From contig CAUVMF010000001.1 in the NCBI GenBank assembly GCA_963552975.1, forward strand, positions 1 to 56,710: a stretch of DNA of 56,710 nt, written 5' to 3'. The notes beneath the pieces were generated by a model. The model made no database searches and was not told where the DNA came from. It saw only the letters and a program-made list of their open reading frames with translations. The translations under genes and the position numbers were made by a program. Below, piece after piece: positions 10,226 to 19,351 of this stretch; the first letter of the stretch is position 1; each line of letters begins with the position of its first letter. Origin of the DNA: an uncultured Selenomonas sp. GTDB lineage: Bacteria > Bacillota > Negativicutes > Selenomonadales > Selenomonadaceae.

Positions 10226-11164
10226 ATGGATATTGCAACCGAAGTGCTGAAGGGCAACCGCCTCGCACTCTCGCGCGCCATTACGGCGATCGAGAACGAG
10301 CGTGAGACGGCGACCGACATCATGAAAGCGCTCTATCCGCATACGGGACATGCCTACGTTCTCGGCATTACCGGCCCTCCGGGTGCGGGCAAAAGCACCA
10401 TGACGGACAAGATTGCCAAGGAATACCGCAAGCGCGGGAAAACCGTCGGCATCATCGCCGTCGACCCTACGAGCCCTTTTTCCGGCGGTGCGATCCTCGG
10501 TGATCGCATTCGCATGAATGACCTGACCCTCGACGAGGGCGTTTTTATCCGCAGCATGGGAACGCGCGGCAGCCTCGGCGGCCTCTCGCACAAGACTGCG
10601 GACGCAGTAAAGGTCATGGATGCGTTCGGCAAGGACGTCATCTTTGTCGAGACCGTCGGCGTCGGGCAGTCCGAGGTGGATATTGTGCGGGCGGCGGACA
10701 CTACCATGGTCGTACTGATTCCGGGCATGGGCGACGACATCCAGGCGATCAAGGCGGGCATCTTGGAGATTGGCGACGTGTTCGCCATCAACAAGTCCGA
10801 TCTTGACGGCGCGGATAAGCTCGTCCGTGAGATCAATATGATGCTGGATCTGGACGATCACATGTCGGACTGGCGGCCGCCGATCCGTAAGGTCGTCGCG
10901 AACCGCGGCGACGGGATCGTGGAGCTGGTTGACACCATCGAGGAACACCGTGCCCACATCGAGGGGAATGGTGTCCTCACAGAGCGGCGCACGCGCCGCA
11001 CACGCGATGAGATGCTGGACATCCTGCACGCAGGTGTTCGGCGGAGCATCGAGCGCCGCATTGTCGACACGGGCAGACTCGACGACTATGTGGCGAAAAT
11101 AAAGGCACATGAGACCGACCCCTACACCGTAGTGGGCGATGTCATGGCCGAAATGTTATCGTAA
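10226..11164 (+). CDS. meaB: Methylmalonyl-CoA mutase-associated GTPase MeaB/ArgK
   Basis: GITGPPGAGKST, AVDPTSPFSGGAILGDRIRM, ETVGVGQSE, NKSD. Confidence 0.95.
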   Translation: MDIATEVLKGNRLALSRAITAIENERETATDIMKALYPHTGHAYVLGITGPPGAGKSTMTDKIAKEYRKRGKTVGIIAVDPTSPFSGGAILGDRIRMNDLTLDEGVFIRSMGTRGSLGGLSHKTADAVKVMDAFGKDVIFVETVGVGQSEVDIVRAADTTMVVLIPGMGDDIQAIKAGILEIGDVFAINKSDLDGADKLVREINMMLDLDDHMSDWRPPIRKVVANRGDGIVELVDTIEEHRAHIEGNGVLTERRTRRTRDEMLDILHAGVRRSIERRIVDTGRLDDYVAKIKAHETDPYTVVGDVMAEMLS

Positions 11165-11208
11165 CGCGGGAATCTGCCGCAGGGCGATTCCCCAAGGAGG
11201 AAGTACCT

Positions 11209-11625
11209 ATGTTCAAGGTTCTGGCAGTGGATCACATCGGCGTTGCCGTGAAGGATCTCGAAGAGGGGAAGAATTTCTGGTCGGATATTATCGGCATCCC
11301 CTGCACGAATCAGGAGACCGTCGCGGAGCAGAAAGTCACGACGACGTTCCATCCGACGCCGAACGGCAGCGAGATCGAGCTGCTCATCGGCACGGCAGAC
11401 GACAGCCCGATCACGAAATACATTGAGAAGAAGGGCGAGGGCATCCAGCACATCGCGCTGCGCGTTGACAACATCGAGAACGCCATCGCCGACCTCATGG
11501 CGAAGGGCGTTCGCATGATCGACGAGAAGCCGCGCATCGGCGCAGGCGGCGCGAAGATCGCGTTCCTCCATCCGAAATCGACGAAGGGCGTTCTTCTCGA
11601 AATCTGTGAGCATGAGGATCGCTGA
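11209..11625 (+). CDS. mce: Methylmalonyl-CoA epimerase
   Basis: VOC fold: DHIGVAV, GEGIQHIALRV, AFLHPKST-GVLLEICE. Confidence 0.95.
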   Translation: MFKVLAVDHIGVAVKDLEEGKNFWSDIIGIPCTNQETVAEQKVTTTFHPTPNGSEIELLIGTADDSPITKYIEKKGEGIQHIALRVDNIENAIADLMAKGVRMIDEKPRIGAGGAKIAFLHPKSTKGVLLEICEHEDR

Positions 11626-11698
11626 GCGTCCTTTTCTTTAACACAAAGCCGCAGGACGCTTCATTCCGGCGTTCCGCAGGCACACATACAGGAGGGAT

Positions 11699-13231
11699 AT
11701 GATGTCCACAGTCCAGGAAAAAATTGAGCTCATGCTGGAGAAGAAAGAACATCTCATGCAGGGCGGCGGTGCCAAGAACATCGAAAAGCAGCACAGCAAG
11801 GGCAAGCTCACCGCGCGTGAGCGCCTGAACCTGCTCTTCGATGAGGACAGCTTCGTCGAGCTCGATATGTTCGTCCGCCATCGCTGCACGAACTTCGGGC
11901 AGGATAAGAAGGAGCTGCCGGGCGAGGGTGTTGTCACGGGCTACGGCACCGTGAGTGGCCGTCTCGTCTACGCATTTGCACAGGACTTCACGGTCGAGGG
12001 CGGCTCTCTGGGCGAAAAGCACGCGCACAAGATCTGGAAGGTTATGGATCTCGCAATGAAGATGGGCGCACCCTGCATCGGCATCAACGATTCGGGCGGC
12101 GCGCGCATCCAGGAGGCAGTTGACGCACTCTCAGGCTACGGCGGCATCTTCTACCGCAACACGAAGTCCTCGGGCGTCATCCCGCAGATCTCCGTCATCA
12201 TGGGACCCTGCGCGGGCGGTGCAGTCTACAGCCCCGCGCTCACAGACTTCATCTTCATGGTGAAAAAGACGAGCCAGATGTTCATTACGGGACCTGCCGT
12301 CATCAAAGCAGTTACGGCGGAGGAGGTCACGGCGGAGGCACTTGGCGGCGCAATGACCCACAACAGCCGCTCCGGTGTTGCGCATTTCGCGGCGGAGAAC
12401 GATGAGGACTGCATCGATCAGATCCGCTATCTGCTCTCCTTCCTTCCCAGCAACAACATGGAGGAGACCCCGCGCGTGGAGACGGGCGATGACCCGAACC
12501 GTCAGGATGAGAGCCTCAACACGCTCATCCCCGACAATCCGAACGCACCGTACGATATGAAGGACGTTATCCGCGCTATTGTCGACAACGGTGAGTTCTA
12601 CGAGGTGCATCAGCATTTCGCCACGAATATCATCTGCTGCTTTGCGCGCTTTGACGGTCGCACGGTCGGCATCATTGCGAACGAGCCGAACGTCATGGCA
12701 GGCTGCCTCGATGTCGATGCGTCCAACAAGTCGGCGCGCTTCATCCGCTTCTGCGATGCGTTCAACATTCCGCTCGTCAACCTCGTCGACGTGCCGGGCT
12801 TCCTGCCGGGTGTCGATCAGGAGTACAGCGGCATCATTCGCCACGGTGCGAAGATGCTGTATGCATACAGCGAGGCGACAGTGCCGAAGGTCACGGTCAT
12901 CACGCGCAAGGCATACGGCGGCTCCTACATCGCCATGTGCAACCGCGAGCTCGGCGCGGATCAGGTCATGGCATGGCCGACGTCCGAAATCGCCGTCATG
13001 GGACCTGCGGGCGCTGCCAACATCATCTTCCGCAAGGATCCGGATAAGGAAGCACGTACGGCGGAGTACATCGAGGAGTTTGCGACCCCGTACAAGGCGG
13101 CGGAGCGCGGCTATGCAGATATGGTCATCACGCCGAGCGAGACGCGTCCCTACATCATCACGGCGCTCAACGCACTCGCAAGCAAGCGTGAGGACAATCC
13201 CGCGAAGAAGCATGGGAACATTCCTCTCTAA
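11699..13231 (+). CDS. mmdA: Methylmalonyl-CoA decarboxylase alpha subunit (carboxyltransferase)
   Basis: GKLTARER, DSGGARIQE, GPCAGGAVYSPA, VDVPGFLPG, C-terminal KKHGNIPL. Confidence 0.93.
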   Translation: MMSTVQEKIELMLEKKEHLMQGGGAKNIEKQHSKGKLTARERLNLLFDEDSFVELDMFVRHRCTNFGQDKKELPGEGVVTGYGTVSGRLVYAFAQDFTVEGGSLGEKHAHKIWKVMDLAMKMGAPCIGINDSGGARIQEAVDALSGYGGIFYRNTKSSGVIPQISVIMGPCAGGAVYSPALTDFIFMVKKTSQMFITGPAVIKAVTAEEVTAEALGGAMTHNSRSGVAHFAAENDEDCIDQIRYLLSFLPSNNMEETPRVETGDDPNRQDESLNTLIPDNPNAPYDMKDVIRAIVDNGEFYEVHQHFATNIICCFARFDGRTVGIIANEPNVMAGCLDVDASNKSARFIRFCDAFNIPLVNLVDVPGFLPGVDQEYSGIIRHGAKMLYAYSEATVPKVTVITRKAYGGSYIAMCNRELGADQVMAWPTSEIAVMGPAGAANIIFRKDPDKEARTAEYIEEFATPYKAAERGYADMVITPSETRPYIITALNALASKREDNPAKKHGNIPL

Positions 13232-13248
13232 GACGCAGGAGGCAGAAT

Positions 13249-13386
13249 ATGGCTACAAATACCGTGGCGCCGGAGATCGTCGCCGCCATCACCGCCGCTG
13301 TTCAGTCGGCAATGGGAAGCAAGGTCGTCGCCGTGCGCATTAAGCCCGCAGAGATCTGGACGCTTGCCAACCGCAGCAATATTTGA
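13249..13386 (+). CDS. 45-aa methylmalonyl-CoA decarboxylase epsilon-like small subunit (absent from the ORF track)
   Basis: MATNTVAPEIVAAITAAVQSAMGSKVVAVRIKPAEIWTLANRSNI*; strong RBS AGGAGG; lies between mmdA and mmdC; 'EIVAAITAAV...W' resembles the MmdE/MmdD/OadG C-terminal motif. Confidence 0.75.
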   Translation: MATNTVAPEIVAAITAAVQSAMGSKVVAVRIKPAEIWTLANRSNI

Positions 13387-13479
13387 GGATGACCTGCGTA
13401 TGCAGGAAGTTTGTCGCAGGGGAATCACGGACAGAAAAGACGTGCTTCCCTTGGAATATAAATGTTGGAGGAATAACAC

Positions 13480-13875
13480 ATGAAGAAGTTCAACATCACG
13501 GTCAACGGCACTGCTTATGAGGTTGAGGTCGAGGAGGTACGCGCAGCGGGTGCTGCCGCTCCTGCCGCTGCACCCCGTCCGGCTGCTCCGGCACCGGCTC
13601 CTGCTGCAGCACCGGCAGCTCCCGCAGCACCTGCAGCACCAGCTGCGGCGGCGGGTGCAGGCGAGCAGTCCGTCGACGCTCCGATGCCGGGCAAGGTCAT
13701 TGAGGTCAAGGTCTCGGTCGGTCAGGCAGTCAAGGCGGGCGACACACTCCTCATCCTCGAGGCGATGAAGATGCAGAACGAGATCGCTGCTCCTGCAGAC
13801 GGCACGGTCAAGGCGATCAACGTCAGCGCAGGCCAGTCGGTCAAGGTGCGCGAGTCCATGGTCATCCTCGGCTAA
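13480..13875 (+). CDS. mmdC: Biotin carboxyl carrier (methylmalonyl-CoA decarboxylase gamma subunit)
   Basis: Ala/Pro linker, APMPG, and the EAMKM biotinylation motif. Confidence 0.93.
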   Translation: MKKFNITVNGTAYEVEVEEVRAAGAAAPAAAPRPAAPAPAPAAAPAAPAAPAAPAAAAGAGEQSVDAPMPGKVIEVKVSVGQAVKAGDTLLILEAMKMQNEIAAPADGTVKAINVSAGQSVKVRESMVILG

Positions 13876-13895
13876 TCTTTCGCGACATTTCATGG

Positions 13896-13925
13896 GGAGT
13901 CCCGCATGGGACTCCTTTTTCTTTT
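13896..13925 (+). terminator. Intrinsic terminator ending the propionate operon
   Basis: GGAGTCCC-GCAT-GGGACTCC followed by TTTTTCTTTT. Confidence 0.85.
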
Positions 13926-13937
13926 GGCGCGATTTGA

Positions 13938-13966
13938 TTGCACGGAAAATCGTTCTTTGTTATAAT
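13938..13966 (+). promoter_or_regulatory. Putative sigma70 promoter
   Basis: TTGCAC-17 nt-TATAAT with an extended -10 TG. Confidence 0.6.
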
Positions 13967-13999
13967 GAAAGCGTTGTATACAAAATAAGGGGGGACAGG

Positions 14000-14803
14000 A
14001 TGATACGGCTGATCTTTTCGGACATGGATGGAACGCTGCTCGACGAACACGGGCATCTGCCCGCAGAGTTCGCGGACATCTATCACCGGCTGAAGGAGCG
14101 CGGCATTCGCTTTGCACCTGCCTCTGGACGGCAGTACGCCTCGCTCGTGCAGATGTTTGCACCATGGCGGGATGAGATGCTCTTTGTGGCGGAGAACGGG
14201 ACGCTCGTGATGGAGCATGACCGGGAGCTCTTCTCGAGACCCGTGGAGCGCGCTCTCGCGCTCGCTGTGATGCGGACGGGGGAGACACTGACAGGGGTGC
14301 GCTCTGTGTTCTGCGGGAAGAAGCAGGGCTATTTCAATCGGGTGGATGACGTGTCGGCATTTCGTGCGGAACTCGCAAAATACGTGACGCAGTCGGCAGT
14401 GGTGGAGGATTTTGCCGGCGTCGATGATGTGCCAATCAAGATGTCGTTCTTCGATGTCTCCGGCCATGCGGCGACGTCGATCCTTCCCGTTATGGAGCAG
14501 TACGCAGATCGGCTGCAAGTGACACTCTCAAGCCCCGAGTGGGTGGATGTCTACAGTCAGGGCGTGAGCAAGGGGGTCGCCGCACAGCATGTGCAGGAGC
14601 GACTCGGGCTGAGCCCCGATGAATGCGCCGCGTTCGGCGACTATGAGAATGATCTTGAACTGATGGACGCCGTAACACATAGTTTTGCGATGGAGAACGC
14701 GATCCCTGCGGTGCAGGAGCGTGCGCGCTATGTCGCCCCGAGCAATCGGGCACATGGTGTGATGGCGATCTGCGCGCGTATTCTCGCGGGCGAATTTGAC
14801 TGA
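14000..14803 (+). CDS. Cof-type HAD-IIB hydrolase
   Basis: IFSDMDGTLL motif I, ASGR, SKG and AFGDYEND. Confidence 0.92.
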   Translation: MIRLIFSDMDGTLLDEHGHLPAEFADIYHRLKERGIRFAPASGRQYASLVQMFAPWRDEMLFVAENGTLVMEHDRELFSRPVERALALAVMRTGETLTGVRSVFCGKKQGYFNRVDDVSAFRAELAKYVTQSAVVEDFAGVDDVPIKMSFFDVSGHAATSILPVMEQYADRLQVTLSSPEWVDVYSQGVSKGVAAQHVQERLGLSPDECAAFGDYENDLELMDAVTHSFAMENAIPAVQERARYVAPSNRAHGVMAICARILAGEFD

Positions 14804-14811
14804 GGTGTGCC

Positions 14812-15663
14812 ATGCGTTTTGACTATCATATGCACCTGGAGTATGGCTCCTATGACGCGGACTATGCCGAGGGGTTTTTTCGCGCGGCGGCGGAGCGCGG
14901 CGTTCACGAGATCGGGTTCTCCGAGCACTCGCACACCTTTCCGGAGTTCGAGCAGCTCTATTACGACGATCTTATCCTCGACGATTCGTTTGTGGGCGGT
15001 TTTCAGCGCACATGGCTGAAGACGAACAAGTTCAAGTACACGCTTGACGAATATTTTGCATTCATTGAAAAACTACAAAAAAAGCACAAGGTGCTCGCAG
15101 GGATCGAGGTTTGCAACTTCCAAGATCAGGAGGCGGTCGGAGAGATCCTGCGTGCCTATCCGTTTGACTATGTCATCGGTTCCGTGCACTTCCTGCGCGG
15201 GTGGGCGTACGACACGGGCGCAATCAAAGCGGAGTGGGAGAACCATGCGCTTGCGGACATCTACGAATGGTATACCGCAGAGGTCGAAAAACTTGCGGCA
15301 TCGGGGCTGTATGATGCTCTCGGGCATCCGTTTAACATTCGTCTATACAAACATTTCCCGAAATTTGACGTGACGCCGTATCTGGAGCGTGTCGCACGCG
15401 CAATGAAAAAGGCGGATATGATCGTCGATCTCAACACGGGAACATACTACCGTTACCCCGTGAAGGAGTTCTCGCCGTACCCGGACTTTATGCGTATGGC
15501 CAAGAAATACGACCTGCCGCTCATCACGACCTCGGATGCCCACAAGCCCGAGGACTGTGCACGGTATAACGAAGAGGCGGTGCAGTACGCACGCTCCTTT
15601 GGCTTCACGGAGCAGATACGGTTCACAGGGCGGCGCGGACGGGAGATCGTCGCACTTGTGTAG
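14812..15663 (+). CDS. PHP-family phosphatase (histidinol-phosphatase HisJ/HisK-like)
   Basis: DYHMH, FSEH, YVIGSVH, LGHP and TSDAH motifs. Confidence 0.85.
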   Translation: MRFDYHMHLEYGSYDADYAEGFFRAAAERGVHEIGFSEHSHTFPEFEQLYYDDLILDDSFVGGFQRTWLKTNKFKYTLDEYFAFIEKLQKKHKVLAGIEVCNFQDQEAVGEILRAYPFDYVIGSVHFLRGWAYDTGAIKAEWENHALADIYEWYTAEVEKLAASGLYDALGHPFNIRLYKHFPKFDVTPYLERVARAMKKADMIVDLNTGTYYRYPVKEFSPYPDFMRMAKKYDLPLITTSDAHKPEDCARYNEEAVQYARSFGFTEQIRFTGRRGREIVALV

Positions 15664-15709
15664 GAAAGCCGCTGTGAGACACTGTTACCCTGAGAGAGGA
15701 GAGCCTGAT

Positions 15710-16597
15710 ATGCGTCCAAAGATAAGATATGGAGTGGGGCTTCTGTTGTCCTTCCTGCTCCTGTTCGCCGTTTGTCCTGCCGCCCTCGCCGAGGAGGGCG
15801 GCGCTTGGGTCTGGCTGAGCTCCAATGATAAATACTCGAAATTCTATGCGCCCGTCTCCGTACGTGTGACACAGAGCGTAACGCCTGCAGGGAAAGAGAG
15901 GCCGGTGGCAACGGAGATCACGGCGGAGATTAAGACGACATTCAGCTATGGGGGGGCGGAGGAAACCATCCGCAATTATAAGATCGGTCATGTGATCACA
16001 AATCCGGGGCAGCTCTCCTACTCCGTTGCACAAGTTCGTGTTGTGCCGCAGAGCCGCTTGCTCCAGTACATCAATGAGACATTCTACGATGCGTCAGGCA
16101 AGGTGCTCTGGTCGAAAGGCATGGGGACGGAGAAGGAGATGACCTCCCAGCAGTTCGATGAGGAGTTCTACGCTGCCATCATTGACACCGTCTTTCATCA
16201 GGGAGAGATGGATCGCCTGCGTGCGGACGACCGCTGGATCCTCCTCTGGACGGATGAGACCGTTACGGGGATCAAGACACAGGTGACAGCGGATACCTCG
16301 ACGATGCGCCGCACGGGGGATAACCTTATTTTCTGGGCGTGGACGGAGGTGCGTAGTGCGGACGGCAAGGCGATCGAGATCAAGTTCGACAAGCGCGCGG
16401 TGAACCTGCCGCAGGGAACGGAGCGCATTGTTACGGGGCGCTATTGGTCGCCTGTGGATGGCTGGCAGCCGCTCGACGATGGCTATGAGGGAGCCTACCG
16501 CATGATTATGCGGGATGGACCCGAGGGGCGTGGACTCGTTCGTCTGCGCGCCTTTGCCGACGGCTATCAGATGTGGCTCTCGCGCTACCAGCTATGA
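15710..16597 (+). CDS. Secreted hypothetical protein (two similar Trp-containing domains)
   Basis: Signal peptide MRPKIRY...AALA; RBS GAGGAG; host-like codon usage. Confidence 0.7.
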   Translation: MRPKIRYGVGLLLSFLLLFAVCPAALAEEGGAWVWLSSNDKYSKFYAPVSVRVTQSVTPAGKERPVATEITAEIKTTFSYGGAEETIRNYKIGHVITNPGQLSYSVAQVRVVPQSRLLQYINETFYDASGKVLWSKGMGTEKEMTSQQFDEEFYAAIIDTVFHQGEMDRLRADDRWILLWTDETVTGIKTQVTADTSTMRRTGDNLIFWAWTEVRSADGKAIEIKFDKRAVNLPQGTERIVTGRYWSPVDGWQPLDDGYEGAYRMIMRDGPEGRGLVRLRAFADGYQMWLSRYQL

Positions 16598-16654
16598 TTT
16601 AGTGAAATATGGGAATCCCAATGAGCGATCTCACTGGGAAGGGAAACGGACACA

Positions 16655-17602
16655 ATGCCAATTAAGATACCGAACAATCTGCCTGCGACGAACGTGCTCG
16701 AGGGGGAGAACGTATTCGTCATGAATGCTGCGCGCGCGTACGGACAGGACATCCGTCCGCTGCGCATCCTCATTCTGAACCTCATGCCGATTAAGGACGT
16801 GACGGAGACGCAGCTCCTGCGTCTCCTCGGCAATACGCCGCTCCAAGTAGAGGTGGACTTCATCTACACGGAGTCCTACATTCCATCGCATACCTCACGC
16901 GACTACCTCACGGAGTTCTACGGCACATTTGCCGAGGTGCGTCATAAAAAATACGACGGATTCATCATCACGGGCGCGCCGATCGAGCAGCTCCCGTTCG
17001 AGCAGGTCGCGTACTGGGACGAGGTCTCCGAGATCATGCAGTGGAGCCGCAAGCACGCGTATTCGACCTTTCACATTTGCTGGGGCGCGCAGGCGGGGCT
17101 TTACTACCATTACGGCATTCCAAAGCACTGGACGGAAAAGAAGATCTTTGGCGTCTTCGAGCACCGCCTCTGCGTGCAGCACGAGCCGCTGCTGCGCGGC
17201 TTTGACGATCTGTTCTATGTGCCGCATTCGCGCCATACGGAGACGCTGCGCGCGGACATCGCACGCATTCCCGAGCTGACCATCCTCGCCGAGGGCGATG
17301 CGGGTGTCTACATCATCGCAAACCTGCGCCGCCGCCAGTTCTTCATTACGGGGCACGCGGAGTACGATCCCATGACGCTCAAGGCGGAGTATGACCGCGA
17401 TCTTGCAGCGGGACTTGACCCGGACATCCCGTGCAACTACTACCCCGAGGATGATCCGAACCGCACACCTGTTGTGCGCTGGCGCAGCGTCGCGCACCTC
17501 CTCTTTGCGAACTGGTTGAACTACTACGTCTATCAGGGCACGCCGTACGAGCTGGACAGCCTCGACAATGCGGACGACTGGGAGATGCACTCCGGCCTTT
17601 GA
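16655..17602 (+). CDS. metA: Homoserine O-acyltransferase MetA (acetyl-type signature)
   Basis: [48 protein letters not shown]. Confidence 0.96.
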   Translation: MPIKIPNNLPATNVLEGENVFVMNAARAYGQDIRPLRILILNLMPIKDVTETQLLRLLGNTPLQVEVDFIYTESYIPSHTSRDYLTEFYGTFAEVRHKKYDGFIITGAPIEQLPFEQVAYWDEVSEIMQWSRKHAYSTFHICWGAQAGLYYHYGIPKHWTEKKIFGVFEHRLCVQHEPLLRGFDDLFYVPHSRHTETLRADIARIPELTILAEGDAGVYIIANLRRRQFFITGHAEYDPMTLKAEYDRDLAAGLDPDIPCNYYPEDDPNRTPVVRWRSVAHLLFANWLNYYVYQGTPYELDSLDNADDWEMHSGL

Positions 17603-17680
17603 GGCTCACATGTGTTCAGCAAAAATTCAGTTTTTTGGTCTAGCATAGGGCACATTGATCACACTTACTTGATGGGAGCG

Positions 17681-18334
17681 ATGACTGTGCAAAAAAAATG
17701 GGGGGCGGCGCTGCTTCTCGGTGCCGTTCTGCTGATGGGCGCGCGCCAGAGTTATGCCGCCGAGGAAGTGCCGAAGCACATCTATGAATGGGTGCAGTCG
17801 ACGGCGCGCCAGAGCTATTATTTCAACAAAGAGCAGATCCAGTATCCATCGGATGCACACGGCTACATCGACCTCACGAAGATCGTCGTGCCGACCCTCA
17901 GGATCTATGACGATATTCAGATTCAGGACGTGGTGTCCAAGCGTCGTTGGCGCATGCTGCCGCTCGACGGCTACAGCGATCTCTCAGGTGCGGCGGAGTA
18001 TATCCTGATCGACCTGCGCGCGGGCGTTGTGCACATTCGGGCGCACGAGGATCTGGACAGCGAATGGGGGACGATCTCGCGTGAGGAGAACCCCAAGGAG
18101 ATCAGCCTTTCTGAACTCTCGGACAAGGATGTCGAAAAGAAATTCTTCGACGCGATCATCAACTATTCGGTGGGGCATCAGGAGGAGATGATCCGTCGTT
18201 CGCGCGGTATATTGAGCGACACAGACCGCGCAGCACTGGAGGAAAAAAAGGCGAAACTGGCGAATACAGCAGAGAACACCAACGATAAGCCCGCAAACGC
18301 ACAAAAAAAGGAAAAAAAGAAGAAGAAAAAATAA
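17681..18334 (+). CDS. Secreted hypothetical protein with Lys-rich tail
   Basis: Signal peptide ending QSYA; C-terminus KKEKKKKKK; GGAG RBS before ATG 17681. Confidence 0.7.
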   Translation: MTVQKKWGAALLLGAVLLMGARQSYAAEEVPKHIYEWVQSTARQSYYFNKEQIQYPSDAHGYIDLTKIVVPTLRIYDDIQIQDVVSKRRWRMLPLDGYSDLSGAAEYILIDLRAGVVHIRAHEDLDSEWGTISREENPKEISLSELSDKDVEKKFFDAIINYSVGHQEEMIRRSRGILSDTDRAALEEKKAKLANTAENTNDKPANAQKKEKKKKKK

Positions 18335-18335
18335 G

Positions 18336-18380
18336 AAAAAGACTGCCGCACGCAAAATACGTGAAGGCAGTTCTTTTTTG
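18336..18380 (+). terminator. Intrinsic terminator
   Basis: ACTGCC..CACG / CGTG..GGCAGT stem with flanking A and T runs. Confidence 0.7.
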
Positions 18381-18445
18381 TAGATTTTTCCCAAAAAACA
18401 AGGTATAATGGTACTAGGAACTACCAGCAAAGGAAGGGACAACGC

Positions 18446-19351
18446 ATGACAGACAAGGAATGGATGCAGCTTGAACTGAACCGCATGGTAAAGGCTGAGG
18501 GAGGAAAGGTTAGTGTCGAGCGCATGACCGAGATCGTGTCGGAGCTCAACGAGCGACTGCGTGAGAATCCGAATCTGCCGCGTGAGGTGAATACGCTCAC
18601 GGCGGATGAGCTGATTGCACGCGCACGCAAGAAAAAGGGGGAGGAGCGCTACCGCATCATCAAGCGCGTTCTGCGCATGGAGCCGGACAACATCACCGCC
18701 GCCTGCATGCAGATCGAATACCTCGCAAAGAACGCGGATGACCGCGTTCACCACTACGAGGATCTGACGCGCAAGGCGACTGCACGCCTTGAGGCGGAGG
18801 GGATGTTCTCGGAGGAGAACATCGGCAAGTTCTGGACCATGCCCGCGACGAAGCCCTATATGTTCCTGCGGCTCTCCTATCTCGAAGCCCTGATCGCTGC
18901 ACGCAAGCTGCGCCTTGCCGCGAAGGAGTGCACCGAGATGCTCCGCCTCTCGGAGCATGACGCGCTTGGGCGCCGTTATCAGCTCATGTTCATCTATGCG
19001 TCGATCGAGGAGGGCGATGCGGCAATCGCTCTGTATCAGCGTTATGAAGAGGGCGTGGCGATGATGTATCTGCCGCTTGCGATGCTCTTCTATCGTCTTG
19101 GCAAGATGAAGATGGCGCGCAACTTCCTGCATGAGCTCGCAGCGGTCAACAATGATACAAAGGAGTTCTTCGAGCGTGGGGTGCGGGGGGATCTTCCCAC
19201 ACGTGCACCGGGACGCTACGCCGGCTCCTTTGCCATCGGTACGATGGAGGAGTTCGGCGAGGCTGTGACAGACAACAAGTTCGCCTTCTTCGGTATGGAA
19301 GCCTTCTTCGCTTGGGGTCTGAGTGAACTCAGCGGAGAACAGAGTGACTGA
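18446..19351 (+). CDS. TPR-like alpha-helical hypothetical protein
   Basis: Helical-repeat pattern with FW...TKPYM and LRLSEHDALGRRY; TATAAT at ~18404 and RBS AAGGAAGGG upstream. Confidence 0.65.
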   Translation: MTDKEWMQLELNRMVKAEGGKVSVERMTEIVSELNERLRENPNLPREVNTLTADELIARARKKKGEERYRIIKRVLRMEPDNITAACMQIEYLAKNADDRVHHYEDLTRKATARLEAEGMFSEENIGKFWTMPATKPYMFLRLSYLEALIAARKLRLAAKECTEMLRLSEHDALGRRYQLMFIYASIEEGDAAIALYQRYEEGVAMMYLPLAMLFYRLGKMKMARNFLHELAAVNNDTKEFFERGVRGDLPTRAPGRYAGSFAIGTMEEFGEAVTDNKFAFFGMEAFFAWGLSELSGEQSD

